Shown in pieces: positions 53,254 through 61,901 of a DNA stretch of 64,000 bases (within the stretch, counting starts at the first letter, position 1; the number at the start of each line of letters is the position of its first letter). The notes beneath the pieces are model-generated. The model had not been told where the DNA came from. It worked only from the letters and a program-made list of their open reading frames with translations, and searched no databases. The DNA comes from Methanobacteriota archaeon. GTDB lineage: Archaea; Thermoplasmatota; Poseidoniia; Poseidoniales; Poseidoniaceae. The translations under genes were made by a program, and so were the position numbers. Location: positions 13,170 through 77,169 of the forward strand of contig PSPR01000009.1 of assembly GCA_004195515.1 (NCBI GenBank), given 5' to 3'.

Positions 53254-53736
53254 ATGGCAGATACATCGTTCGTCGCAGTGGTAAATGACACCGAACCCGC
53301 AAATGGCGGCTGTTCGTACAATATGACCATCAGCGGAAATAACCTCTCGCAATTCCTAGGGAAGAAGATCGGCGACGTCGTCGATGGTATCTTTGTCGGT
53401 GAAGGCGAAGCAACTCTCGCTGGATACAAATTACAAGTCACGGGTGGTTCTGACAAGACTGGAACACCTATGAGAGCAGACTTGACCGGCGGAACCCGCC
53501 AATCTATCTTGGTAACTGCATCTACTGGATTCAAGGGGCACGATTTGGTTTACAAGACCAAAGGTGGCGAAAAGAAGCGATTCCGCTACAAACCAGATGG
53601 TATGCGCATGCGCCGTACCTTCCGAGGCAGTACTATCACCGCAGATACCCGCCAAATCAACCTCAAAGTCGTAGAAGCGGCTAACAAGTCTCTCGCAGAC
53701 ATCCTTGGTACCTCATCAGAGGAATCATCCGAGTGA
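53254..53736 (+). CDS. rps6e: 30S ribosomal protein S6e
   Basis: GKKIGD, GYKLQVTGGSDKTGTPMR, RG..I.....QINL. Confidence 0.95.
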   Translation: MADTSFVAVVNDTEPANGGCSYNMTISGNNLSQFLGKKIGDVVDGIFVGEGEATLAGYKLQVTGGSDKTGTPMRADLTGGTRQSILVTASTGFKGHDLVYKTKGGEKKRFRYKPDGMRMRRTFRGSTITADTRQINLKVVEAANKSLADILGTSSEESSE

Positions 53737-53775
53737 ATTAAAAGCAAATGAGAAAAGTTGGGGGGAATAGGAAGC

Positions 53776-55014
53776 ATGGCACAAAAGCTTCCGGCTCAAC
53801 CAGAAGTCAATATTGGCTTAGTCGGTCACGTCGACCATGGTAAAACCACTCTAACCCAAGCCCTATCTGGAGTTTGGACAGATACTCATTCCGAAGAACG
53901 AAAGCGTGGTATCTCGATCAAATTAGGCTATGCAGATACCGCATTCTACAAGACACCAAAAGGCGAATATTACGCTACAGGTCGTAGATCCGATGGTGGA
54001 AACGACGACGTTACCGGATTACAACGGGTTATTTCATTCGTAGATGCCCCCGGTCACGAGACTTTGATGGCGATCATGATCACCGGTGCATCCATCATGG
54101 ATGGTGCGATGTTAATGGTCGCTGCAAACGAAACCTGCCCTCAACCTCAAACCCGAGAGCATTTGATGGCATTGGGAATTGCAGGAATTGAAAATATCGT
54201 GATCGTTCAAAACAAAATCGATTTAGTAAGTCGAGAAAGAGCATTGGAATCCTATAAAGAAATCAAAAAATTCCTCAAAGGAACTATCGCTGAAGAGGCA
54301 CCTATCATTCCGGTTTCCGCTCATCACGACGTTAACCTAGACGTCTTAATTCACGCTATAGAAGAAACTATTCCAACCCCGGACCGTTCGAAAGACACCC
54401 GATCAATAATGCATGTTGCTCGATCTTTTGATATCAATCGCCCCGGCACAAGACCGGAGAAATTGCGCGGAGGAGTCATCGGCGGCAGCATTGTTGAAGG
54501 AGAATTCAATGTTGGAGACGAAATTGAAATCGGACCTGGCAGAAGAATCGAAAATGGCAATAAAGTCCACTACGAACCGATCAACTCCATTGTCAAGAGT
54601 ATGCAAGGTGGAGGCCTTAACCTCGATATAATGCACGCAGGTGGTTTATGTGGAATGGCAACACCATTGGATCCATTGACGACTACTGCCGATAATCTTA
54701 GTGGCCAAATCGTCGCACGTAAAGGCGACCTACCACCAATCCGTGATTCGGTGACCATCTCATCATACCTGTTGGAGAATATGGTTGCTGGTGAAGGAGA
54801 AGATGCTTCGCCAGTCATGCCACTCAGGTCTGGAGAGATGTTGATGGTAAACGTTGCTACAGCCACTAGTGTCGGTGTTGTTTCGAACCCTGGAAAAGGC
54901 AAAGCTACCCTCAAACTCCGCTTGCCGATATGTGCTGATGAAGGTCAACTGATCTCTCTTTCACGCCGTGTCGGCGCACGCTGGCGCCTTATCGGCCATG
55001 GAATGATTCAGTGA
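53776..55014 (+). CDS. eif2g: Translation initiation factor aIF2 gamma subunit
   Basis: QPEVNIGLVGHVDHGKTT, RGISIKLGY, DAPGHE, QNKID, RSFDINRPG, RWRLIG. Confidence 0.97.
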   Translation: MAQKLPAQPEVNIGLVGHVDHGKTTLTQALSGVWTDTHSEERKRGISIKLGYADTAFYKTPKGEYYATGRRSDGGNDDVTGLQRVISFVDAPGHETLMAIMITGASIMDGAMLMVAANETCPQPQTREHLMALGIAGIENIVIVQNKIDLVSRERALESYKEIKKFLKGTIAEEAPIIPVSAHHDVNLDVLIHAIEETIPTPDRSKDTRSIMHVARSFDINRPGTRPEKLRGGVIGGSIVEGEFNVGDEIEIGPGRRIENGNKVHYEPINSIVKSMQGGGLNLDIMHAGGLCGMATPLDPLTTTADNLSGQIVARKGDLPPIRDSVTISSYLLENMVAGEGEDASPVMPLRSGEMLMVNVATATSVGVVSNPGKGKATLKLRLPICADEGQLISLSRRVGARWRLIGHGMIQ

Positions 55015-55379
55015 TCACGATGCGTCGAGTCCTCATCGATGCCTGCGGCTGGGTAGCGGTTATCGAAGCTGGTATCAATATCGACAAAGCATTATTGGAA
55101 TGCTCTGGAATTCGAAACATTGCAATTGTTAAATCCGTTATGACCGAACTTGAGGCTTTACCAGGAAATTATTTGCTCGGCATTCTTTCGGCTAAAGCTG
55201 AAGTGGTCGAAGCCGAAAAAGAAGTTGGCCATCATACCGACGACCAATTATTTTCTATTGCACAGAAGGAAAATTGGCCGGTGCTAACCGTTGATACCGA
55301 ATTTAAACGGCGATTATCTATAGCAAATCTGTCTTGGATTGAGGTTAGTGGTAGATCTCATTTGAGGCTTGTGGATTGA
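55011..55379 (+). CDS. PIN-domain protein (Fcf1/Utp24-like)
   Basis: VLIDA, V..ELE, TDD, LTVD..KRR; conserved position after eif2g. Confidence 0.82.
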   Translation: MITMRRVLIDACGWVAVIEAGINIDKALLECSGIRNIAIVKSVMTELEALPGNYLLGILSAKAEVVEAEKEVGHHTDDQLFSIAQKENWPVLTVDTEFKRRLSIANLSWIEVSGRSHLRLVD

Positions 55380-55438
55380 CACACAATGAATTGTGCCGGT
55401 GTGAAGTTCATATACCTCATTGTGCCGATACGACCCTG

Positions 55439-55849
55439 ATGGCAACCAATCAACCAACCTATCAATCCTCTGAGGAGGCTGAATTAATCGAGTCTGCTCA
55501 AGAATTGGTCCAACTTCTCATCAATGTTGGAGCCAACCCTCATACTGCGAGGACTTTGCTTTGTCTATACGTTCACGGACCTTCTACCTCAAACCAATTA
55601 CAAAAACGCTGCATGATTCGCCAACCTGATGTTTCTATCGCTATCGGCGAACTCAAAGATATGGGATTGATCAATCTTGAAAATTCAAATCCGGGAGCAA
55701 GAGGACGACCCTCCCACACCTATTCATTATCCGTCCCGATAAAAGAAGCGCTTTCGCCCTTCAGAATGCTTGCCTTAAAGCGACTCCATATAATCCAAGA
55801 ACAGATCTCTAGAATATCTGAGTTAACCGATTCGGTCTTGGCCAATTAG
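55439..55849 (+). CDS. Winged-helix (TrmB/ArsR-like) transcriptional regulator
   Basis: ARTL..L, IRQPDVSIA..EL...GLI, GRP...Y.L. Confidence 0.85.
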   Translation: MATNQPTYQSSEEAELIESAQELVQLLINVGANPHTARTLLCLYVHGPSTSNQLQKRCMIRQPDVSIAIGELKDMGLINLENSNPGARGRPSHTYSLSVPIKEALSPFRMLALKRLHIIQEQISRISELTDSVLAN

Positions 55850-56151
55850 GGCAGAGTGAATAAGGTATCGTCTCCATGTCCATCGAGCAGGCGGAGTTTT
55901 ACCGCTGCATCTATCCAAGCATGAGCATAATTGATCGCTCCAAAGGCTCTAACAAAATCGCCATTATTTTTGAAATGGAGTGCATCTGATGCATAATCAT
56001 CAGCCATTCGCATCATGACCTTCAGTTGTGATGATTGTGGGCTCCCTTCATCATGAATAGGTGTCGCCTTTGCACGAGCAGCTTTTGTTAGTGATAGATA
56101 ATGGCTGAGTTTTTCCTCGGTTATCACATCATCGACATCCAAATCACTCAC
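55846..56151 (-). CDS. DUF357 family protein
   Basis: MA.DY.SDA.HF...GD.V.AF.AINYAHAWIDA. Confidence 0.92.
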   Translation of the reverse strand: MSDLDVDDVITEEKLSHYLSLTKAARAKATPIHDEGSPQSSQLKVMMRMADDYASDALHFKNNGDFVRAFGAINYAHAWIDAAVKLRLLDGHGDDTLFTLP

Positions 56152-57139
56152 CTCTTTGGCGATTCAATAATCGATTTACATCATCGCTACGGCCTAAGGA
56201 TTGGTACAGATCTATCGCCAAGGATATCCTGCCTTCATCCTCTGCAGCACAGGCGCGCTTGAAAATTGTTCTACGCTCCTCCCAATCATTCGCAACAGTA
56301 GCTGCCGCAACCTGCTTTTGCAGTTCTATTCGGCGTAAAGCTGCTAATTCAGGAGATTGCCATATTCGAACCAATCCAGACCTTGAGGCAGTAACCATCG
56401 TATCCGCTGCCATTCCAATTAGCATATCACCAAAGTTAGCATGTGCTGATTCGGGCGTCTGCTCGGCTATTAATCCGTTCAATCCGCCTTCGACGCTCAA
56501 TATCCACCAACCGTCACCACACCTGGTTGCACAAAGGGGTTCTAGCGAACGAGACTCAACCATCTCAAGGCTATCCCAGCCATATGGATGAGGCAAACCC
56601 TCCCATAGCATTCCATCTGCCGATTGAAGTAAAACCTTACCGCCGACCATTCGGCTAACCCACGACCAGACCCTCTGCTCGAGAATTCTTTGCGAGTCAT
56701 CATTGGCAAGGCGAGCACATCTTAATTTTCCTTCATCATCTTGCCACATCAAGTGTTCACGGTCAAACCATCCAACCAAACGCCTGACCTTTCCGCTATC
56801 CAAGCGCTTCAAGCCCTTGCCTTCGTGATTGAATACATGCAATTGGCCTTTGCGACATGAAAGAACCCAACCGCCACCTGGACGTGCTAAAATATCGCTA
56901 AAACCACCGTTTGTGGATCGGCCCTCTCCTATTTGGGAGCCATCATTTGCTCTGATAACATTGAATCCATGTCCCGATAATATTCCAATCATCCCTTTTG
57001 AATAAATGGCTGCATGAACTCTAAACGGTAAAGAACGGACCCAACGTGGTTTACATTCTTGGTCGAGTAACATGATTTCTAAACCGGCGGAGACCAAAAG
57101 ATTCGGCGCTTGCCATGATCTTGAAACCGACCAACTCAT
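56144..57139 (-). CDS. Beta-propeller-like protein with C-terminal helical (TPR-like) segment
   Basis: Trp/Gly-rich short beta repeats (LSCRKGQLHVF, LQSADGMLW, TASRSGLVRIW) then A..AEDEGR..LAIDLY..LGR; ATGA-coupled to the upstream ATPase. Confidence 0.7.
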   Translation of the reverse strand: MSWSVSRSWQAPNLLVSAGLEIMLLDQECKPRWVRSLPFRVHAAIYSKGMIGILSGHGFNVIRANDGSQIGEGRSTNGGFSDILARPGGGWVLSCRKGQLHVFNHEGKGLKRLDSGKVRRLVGWFDREHLMWQDDEGKLRCARLANDDSQRILEQRVWSWVSRMVGGKVLLQSADGMLWEGLPHPYGWDSLEMVESRSLEPLCATRCGDGWWILSVEGGLNGLIAEQTPESAHANFGDMLIGMAADTMVTASRSGLVRIWQSPELAALRRIELQKQVAAATVANDWEERRTIFKRACAAEDEGRISLAIDLYQSLGRSDDVNRLLNRQRGE

Positions 57140-58614
57140 TGTGAATCCTCCATCATGCCCCAAGCTATCAATTGGGCTTTTGCATCATTGGTGAGGACGA
57201 AGTATCTCGAACGCCCTTTTTGCTGGACTGTTAAAATCCCTGCCCTATAGAGACGGTTGCACATCTGCGACATCCTCGGACGCTTTACACCGAGCGAATC
57301 CTGCAATCTAGCATCCGAAGGTGAGAAAGATCGTTGTGAAGCAACCTCGACTAAAGTTGCATCATTATGAGAAAGATTTCGCAAAGTCATCAAATCCAAG
57401 GGATTGCTTTGTTTGGTCCCGATTACCGGCCTACGCATCGCACTCAGCAATTCGGCAAGCCCCATCCCTTCAGGGATATTCAAAGCTGCAACCAATTGCT
57501 CCAATATTGGAATTTCATTTTCAATTTCGACTTCAGGTTGTGATTCTGGCTCAAATACCTCCTCTTCTACAATTTGGGCTTCCATCATTAATTCACTACT
57601 AGGATCAACCCATATCTCACGAGGTAGTTTTTCTTCATCCAGTATGTAATCTTCACTTGGGGTATAATTCAATTGATCTTTATTTCTCGACCTAAGGCCA
57701 CCGAATGGACCTGCAAACGATGGCATCATTGGTTGAGGTGGAGGCTGGTCTAAGATGTCCATATCTAAATCGAATCCAGTAGGTGCTTGTGGTTGAGCCA
57801 ATTCGGGTTCTTTTGTCCACATCTGTGTCGATGCTGATTCAATAATCGGCTCCGGCTCATCATAGACCGGCTTTCTTGGACGAGAGCGCTCATCATCGAC
57901 CATGTCACGCATCAAGCGCATTAATTTTGAGGGCTGCCCAATACTGCGGTCAACTAGAAAGTCAACACAGGCCTCATTCATTGACCAACCAGAGGAAGCA
58001 ACGGTGGAAATACGCTTTTCACAGAGGTCTTTTATCTGTGTATCGTCAAGATTTTTCAAGACTTCGACATGGTCGAATCGATTGATCAAAGATTCGGACC
58101 ATTGGGCTCTTTGGTCTGTGGTAAGAGTGATGACAACCACTGCATCCAAGCGCTGAAAGCCGGCCATTAAACTAGAAATTACCGAACCTAGAAGCGTGCC
58201 ATCTCCATTGGTATAATCTAGTGAAATCAGCGGTAAAGGGCCGTCGCTTTCCTGGGTGTATTTTGCCAATCTCGACACTAATTCTTGAGTTGTCCCGGGA
58301 ATGTCAAAGCCGATCATCGAACCATATATCTCATGGAGAATTTGGTTTTGCTGATCGCTCGATGGAAACATCTCCAAATGAATATGGGTTGATGTTTCTT
58401 CACCAACACATCTCAACAAAGATGTGCGTCCAGTACCGCTCTCACCAACCAATAAGATCATCCGCGCATTTCTTTGTTTCAAGAACCGAGCCCAACGTGC
58501 CGCGATATCGCCTCGACCGATCAATAATGAAGATTGACCTTTTTCCAAAGGCCTGGTTGTGAAAGGATTGGATTGGAGTGCTGGTAATTCAAGAATTGGT
58601 TTATCATCACTCAT
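57136..58614 (-). CDS. STAND/Cdc6-like P-loop ATPase (degenerate motifs) with acidic linker and C-terminal wHTH
   Basis: NPF..LIGR, GESGTGRT, hhhhD (LISLDY), NRF, GQP; C-terminal LGVKRPRMSQMCNRLYRAGIL...KGRSRYF. Confidence 0.8.
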   Translation of the reverse strand: MSDDKPILELPALQSNPFTTRPLEKGQSSLLIGRGDIAARWARFLKQRNARMILLVGESGTGRTSLLRCVGEETSTHIHLEMFPSSDQQNQILHEIYGSMIGFDIPGTTQELVSRLAKYTQESDGPLPLISLDYTNGDGTLLGSVISSLMAGFQRLDAVVVITLTTDQRAQWSESLINRFDHVEVLKNLDDTQIKDLCEKRISTVASSGWSMNEACVDFLVDRSIGQPSKLMRLMRDMVDDERSRPRKPVYDEPEPIIESASTQMWTKEPELAQPQAPTGFDLDMDILDQPPPQPMMPSFAGPFGGLRSRNKDQLNYTPSEDYILDEEKLPREIWVDPSSELMMEAQIVEEEVFEPESQPEVEIENEIPILEQLVAALNIPEGMGLAELLSAMRRPVIGTKQSNPLDLMTLRNLSHNDATLVEVASQRSFSPSDARLQDSLGVKRPRMSQMCNRLYRAGILTVQQKGRSRYFVLTNDAKAQLIAWGMMEDSQ

Positions 58615-58744
58615 AGAAATGAGCGGACCAATAGAGTATATGATGTTTCAGTAAAAAGTAGCCTTGAAAGTACCCGTTAAGACGCGTTGAATCGATGACC
58701 AGGCCGGTGATTTCATGCTCAATGACGGCTTGTTAACATATGGT

Positions 58745-58766
58745 TAACGCGTTAATTAACGCGTTA
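58745..58766. promoter_or_regulatory. Perfect 22-bp palindrome, probable operator
   Basis: TAACGCGTTAATTAACGCGTTA, between the divergent ATPase and HMG-CoA reductase genes. Confidence 0.7.
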
Positions 58767-58826
58767 GTCAAGCGGATTATTCATGGTGTATGCACACCCG
58801 CACTCACACCGTCGGAGGACTCATTC

Positions 58827-60128
58827 ATGCCGGTTGACAACAGTCGTCTCAAAGGCTTCTTTCGACTTGATGTCAATCAAAGGCGCCAAATGGTCGCCAC
58901 TATGGCTGAACTTAGCCCAGATGCCATTGAGGCCTTGGCTAGTCATGGTGAACTGAGTGAACAAGCCGCTGACAGAATGATCGAGAACGTAATCGGCACC
59001 ATGTCCTTACCGGTAGGAGTCGCTACCAATTTCGTCATAGATTCCAAACATTACCTCATACCTTTTTGCCTCGAGGAATCAAGCGTGGTAGCAGCTGCGT
59101 CCAATATGGCAAAACGCTGCTTAAAGATGGGTGGATTCAAGACTCAAACCGATGGCCCAATCATGATTGGTCAATTGCAAGTTCTAGACCTAGATAACCC
59201 AGTTGAGGCCGGAACAGCAATTCTTGAGAACAAACAAGAGTTGATTGATTTATGCAATTCATTACCATCGACAATGGTTCGCTTGGGCGGCGGTTGCAAA
59301 GATATTGAAACCCGAATACTAGATTCGATGAATGGCCGCACACTAGTCATCCACATCCTGGTTGATACCAGAGATGCCATGGGAGCCAATGCTGTCAATA
59401 CCATGGCAGAAATGATATCTGGAAGAGTCGAGGAAATTAGTGGGGGGAGAGTTCATTTGAGAATTCTTTCAAATCTAGCATCATTGCGATTGGCAAGAGT
59501 TAGCGCCACATTCACTCCTGAAGAGTTATCGAACGATGGCAACCCCATCGAAGGGGCAAAAATCATCGACGCAATTCTCGAAGCCCATGATTTTGCAATG
59601 ATTGACCCTTATCGGGCAACTACGCACAATAAGGGCATTATGAATGCAATCAGCCCGATAGCCCTCGCCTGTGGTCAAGACTGGCGGGCGATCGAGGCCG
59701 GTTGTCATGCCTGGGCAGCGGTTGAAGACGGTTGCTACAAATCGATGTCGAGATGGTCAAAGGACGAGTTGGGTAACTTAGTCGGCTGGCTCGAAACGCC
59801 AATGGCTGTCGGCATCGTTGGAGGAGCATCAAAAATTCACCCTGCCGCTAGAGCAAATTTGGCAATTCTTGGGGTTGAATCGGCCCAAGAATTGGCTGGA
59901 GTTATCGCAGCAGCGGGTTTGGCCCAAAATTTGGCTGCGATGAGAGCATTAGCGACCAATGGCATTCAAGCAGGTCATATGAAATTACACGCTCGCAATC
60001 TTGCAGTAAGTGCTGGTGCGGCCGGTGATGAAGTCGAACTCCTTGCCGATCTTATCAAACAGAAAGGTGGGCCGATAACACAAGGATTGGTCGACGAAGA
60101 ATTGCTCAAAATGAGAGATTCACTCTGA
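58827..60128 (+). CDS. mvaA: Class II HMG-CoA reductase
   Basis: MIENVIG, EESSVVAA, DAMGAN, ILSN, RATTHNKG, GQDWRA, GIQAGHMKLHAR. Confidence 0.95.
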   Translation: MPVDNSRLKGFFRLDVNQRRQMVATMAELSPDAIEALASHGELSEQAADRMIENVIGTMSLPVGVATNFVIDSKHYLIPFCLEESSVVAAASNMAKRCLKMGGFKTQTDGPIMIGQLQVLDLDNPVEAGTAILENKQELIDLCNSLPSTMVRLGGGCKDIETRILDSMNGRTLVIHILVDTRDAMGANAVNTMAEMISGRVEEISGGRVHLRILSNLASLRLARVSATFTPEELSNDGNPIEGAKIIDAILEAHDFAMIDPYRATTHNKGIMNAISPIALACGQDWRAIEAGCHAWAAVEDGCYKSMSRWSKDELGNLVGWLETPMAVGIVGGASKIHPAARANLAILGVESAQELAGVIAAAGLAQNLAAMRALATNGIQAGHMKLHARNLAVSAGAAGDEVELLADLIKQKGGPITQGLVDEELLKMRDSL

Positions 60129-60722
60129 CTCATCATCGAATAGGGTGGTTTGAACCGGTCCTTCGTCCTCATCCCTGAGGGCGAGTTTCGATTCCATCCC
60201 ATCGAGCATGCCCGATTGGGAGACCATATCTCTGAACCAAGCTTTGACTTTCTTACGATCGGTATGAGGACAGCCAAATACCTCTGAAAACCGTCGAGTT
60301 GTGGTCAATCTGCGAGTATTGCCATCGCGGCGTCGATTGACCAAGCCTGCTTGAGCAAGTGACCGGATGTGATCATATGCTCTTTGGCCCAATAATTCGA
60401 CCAGACGAGATTGCGGCATGGGCTGATGGTATGCGATAAGCGCAGCTGCTTTGAGCAACTTTTGTGGCATCTCGGTACGAGTTTCTGCCGGAAGGGAATC
60501 AGCGATTGACGGTTTTACCTCGATAGCCCATCTCCCACCGATTTCAATAACTTGTAATGCTCCACCTTTGCGTCGTTTCAGCGTACCTTGAATATTTGCC
60601 AAGGCTTCTAAAATCTCCTCGACTTCATAACCAAGCGATAGAGATAAATCCTCGGCTGTCAAAGATTTTCCTGCACTAAACATTGTGGCTTCCAATAGAG
60701 TTTCCAAGGCAATTTCCGTCAT
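60120..60722 (-). CDS. scpB: SMC-associated kite subunit ScpB
   Basis: LEATMFSAG, IAYHQP, HI..L...GLV, TTRRFSEVFG. Confidence 0.93.
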   Translation of the reverse strand: MTEIALETLLEATMFSAGKSLTAEDLSLSLGYEVEEILEALANIQGTLKRRKGGALQVIEIGGRWAIEVKPSIADSLPAETRTEMPQKLLKAAALIAYHQPMPQSRLVELLGQRAYDHIRSLAQAGLVNRRRDGNTRRLTTTRRFSEVFGCPHTDRKKVKAWFRDMVSQSGMLDGMESKLALRDEDEGPVQTTLFDDESE

Positions 60723-60734
60723 GTAATTACTACC

Positions 60735-61901
60735 TCACTCGACTAACCAGTCCTCTATCACGATTGTTTCTTCCGCTAAGGCAGCCGCTGCTTTTTCCTC
60801 TAGAATAGCCGCTGCTTTTTCCTCGGCTTCCTTTGCTCTTTGCAGCAAGTTTAATGCATGGCGAACAGAACCCGTATCGTCGGATTGAGAATCGTTTGAA
60901 TCCTTTTGAGCAAGTTTTTCACTCATTGAAGTAGCCTCGGCATAAGAGGTGGATTTGGGCCATTTATCTTCGATCATAATCTGATCTTCAGCACCTTCTT
61001 GGCTTACCATAGCCAAACCCCGGTGGGTCAAGAATAAGCCAGCTACGAACGAGGTAATCTTTGACTCTAACTCATAGCGGTCGGGGACAAATCCGTGCTG
61101 TTCTACCAATTTATCACGAACGATTTCTGTGACCAAATCGATTGGAATCTTACTTTCAGTAGACGAAGAAATGACCGTGCGCATAGCTTTCCAACACATC
61201 TCCAAATCCTCTTCAAGATTCTCGACGTGCATTCTCGCACCGACATTTTGCATTAAATTTTCTAATTCCTCGGCATGAAGGCGCCGATTTTCTTCTTTTA
61301 CCTTGAGAATTTCAGCCTCATCACAGGCATCTTTTAGTGCAGATAATAATTCACCTAAAGTCGAAGGACGGCCTTCATCACGGCGGATTGATTCACCGAA
61401 GAAATCCGGTAACATCGCATCTGCATTACCTTCGAGAATAGATGCGGTGAACATGAATTCCTCGTCGTCATATTCACTTTCCCAGCCAAAATCACCAAAT
61501 TCTTCTTCGTCATCCAAATCCAAAGCGATAACTCGTTCAAATAATGTCGACGCTTGGTGATTTAACACCTCCCAAGACAACCTGATCAAACGACCACAAG
61601 CGGGTAAATCCAATGAATTTGCTTCTTTGCGGACCCTTTGAGTGAATAATTTCAAGAATGCGCTCAAATCGATATTCCAGGGATCCATTCCCTCTTCTTG
61701 AACCAATGAAAGAACCAATGCGACCGAACGGTCGAAGGGATCGATCAAAACTTGGTGCTCGGCCCCATCTTCCTGAGCGATGGTCATGATTCGGTCAGCG
61801 AAGCGTTCCGCTTCGACTACATCCTCTTCTTGACCGATCAATTGGTCAATAATGTCCTGGCGTAGAAACCAGGAGTCGAGCACGGTTTGCGACATGGTCA
61901 A
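60735..61901 (-). CDS. scpA: SMC kleisin ScpA
   Basis: LVQEEGMDPWNIDL, RP.TLGELL.AL, F...LFL...G...Q. Confidence 0.9.
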   Translation of the reverse strand: MTMSQTVLDSWFLRQDIIDQLIGQEEDVVEAERFADRIMTIAQEDGAEHQVLIDPFDRSVALVLSLVQEEGMDPWNIDLSAFLKLFTQRVRKEANSLDLPACGRLIRLSWEVLNHQASTLFERVIALDLDDEEEFGDFGWESEYDDEEFMFTASILEGNADAMLPDFFGESIRRDEGRPSTLGELLSALKDACDEAEILKVKEENRRLHAEELENLMQNVGARMHVENLEEDLEMCWKAMRTVISSSTESKIPIDLVTEIVRDKLVEQHGFVPDRYELESKITSFVAGLFLTHRGLAMVSQEGAEDQIMIEDKWPKSTSYAEATSMSEKLAQKDSNDSQSDDTGSVRHALNLLQRAKEAEEKAAAILEEKAAAALAEETIVIEDWLVE

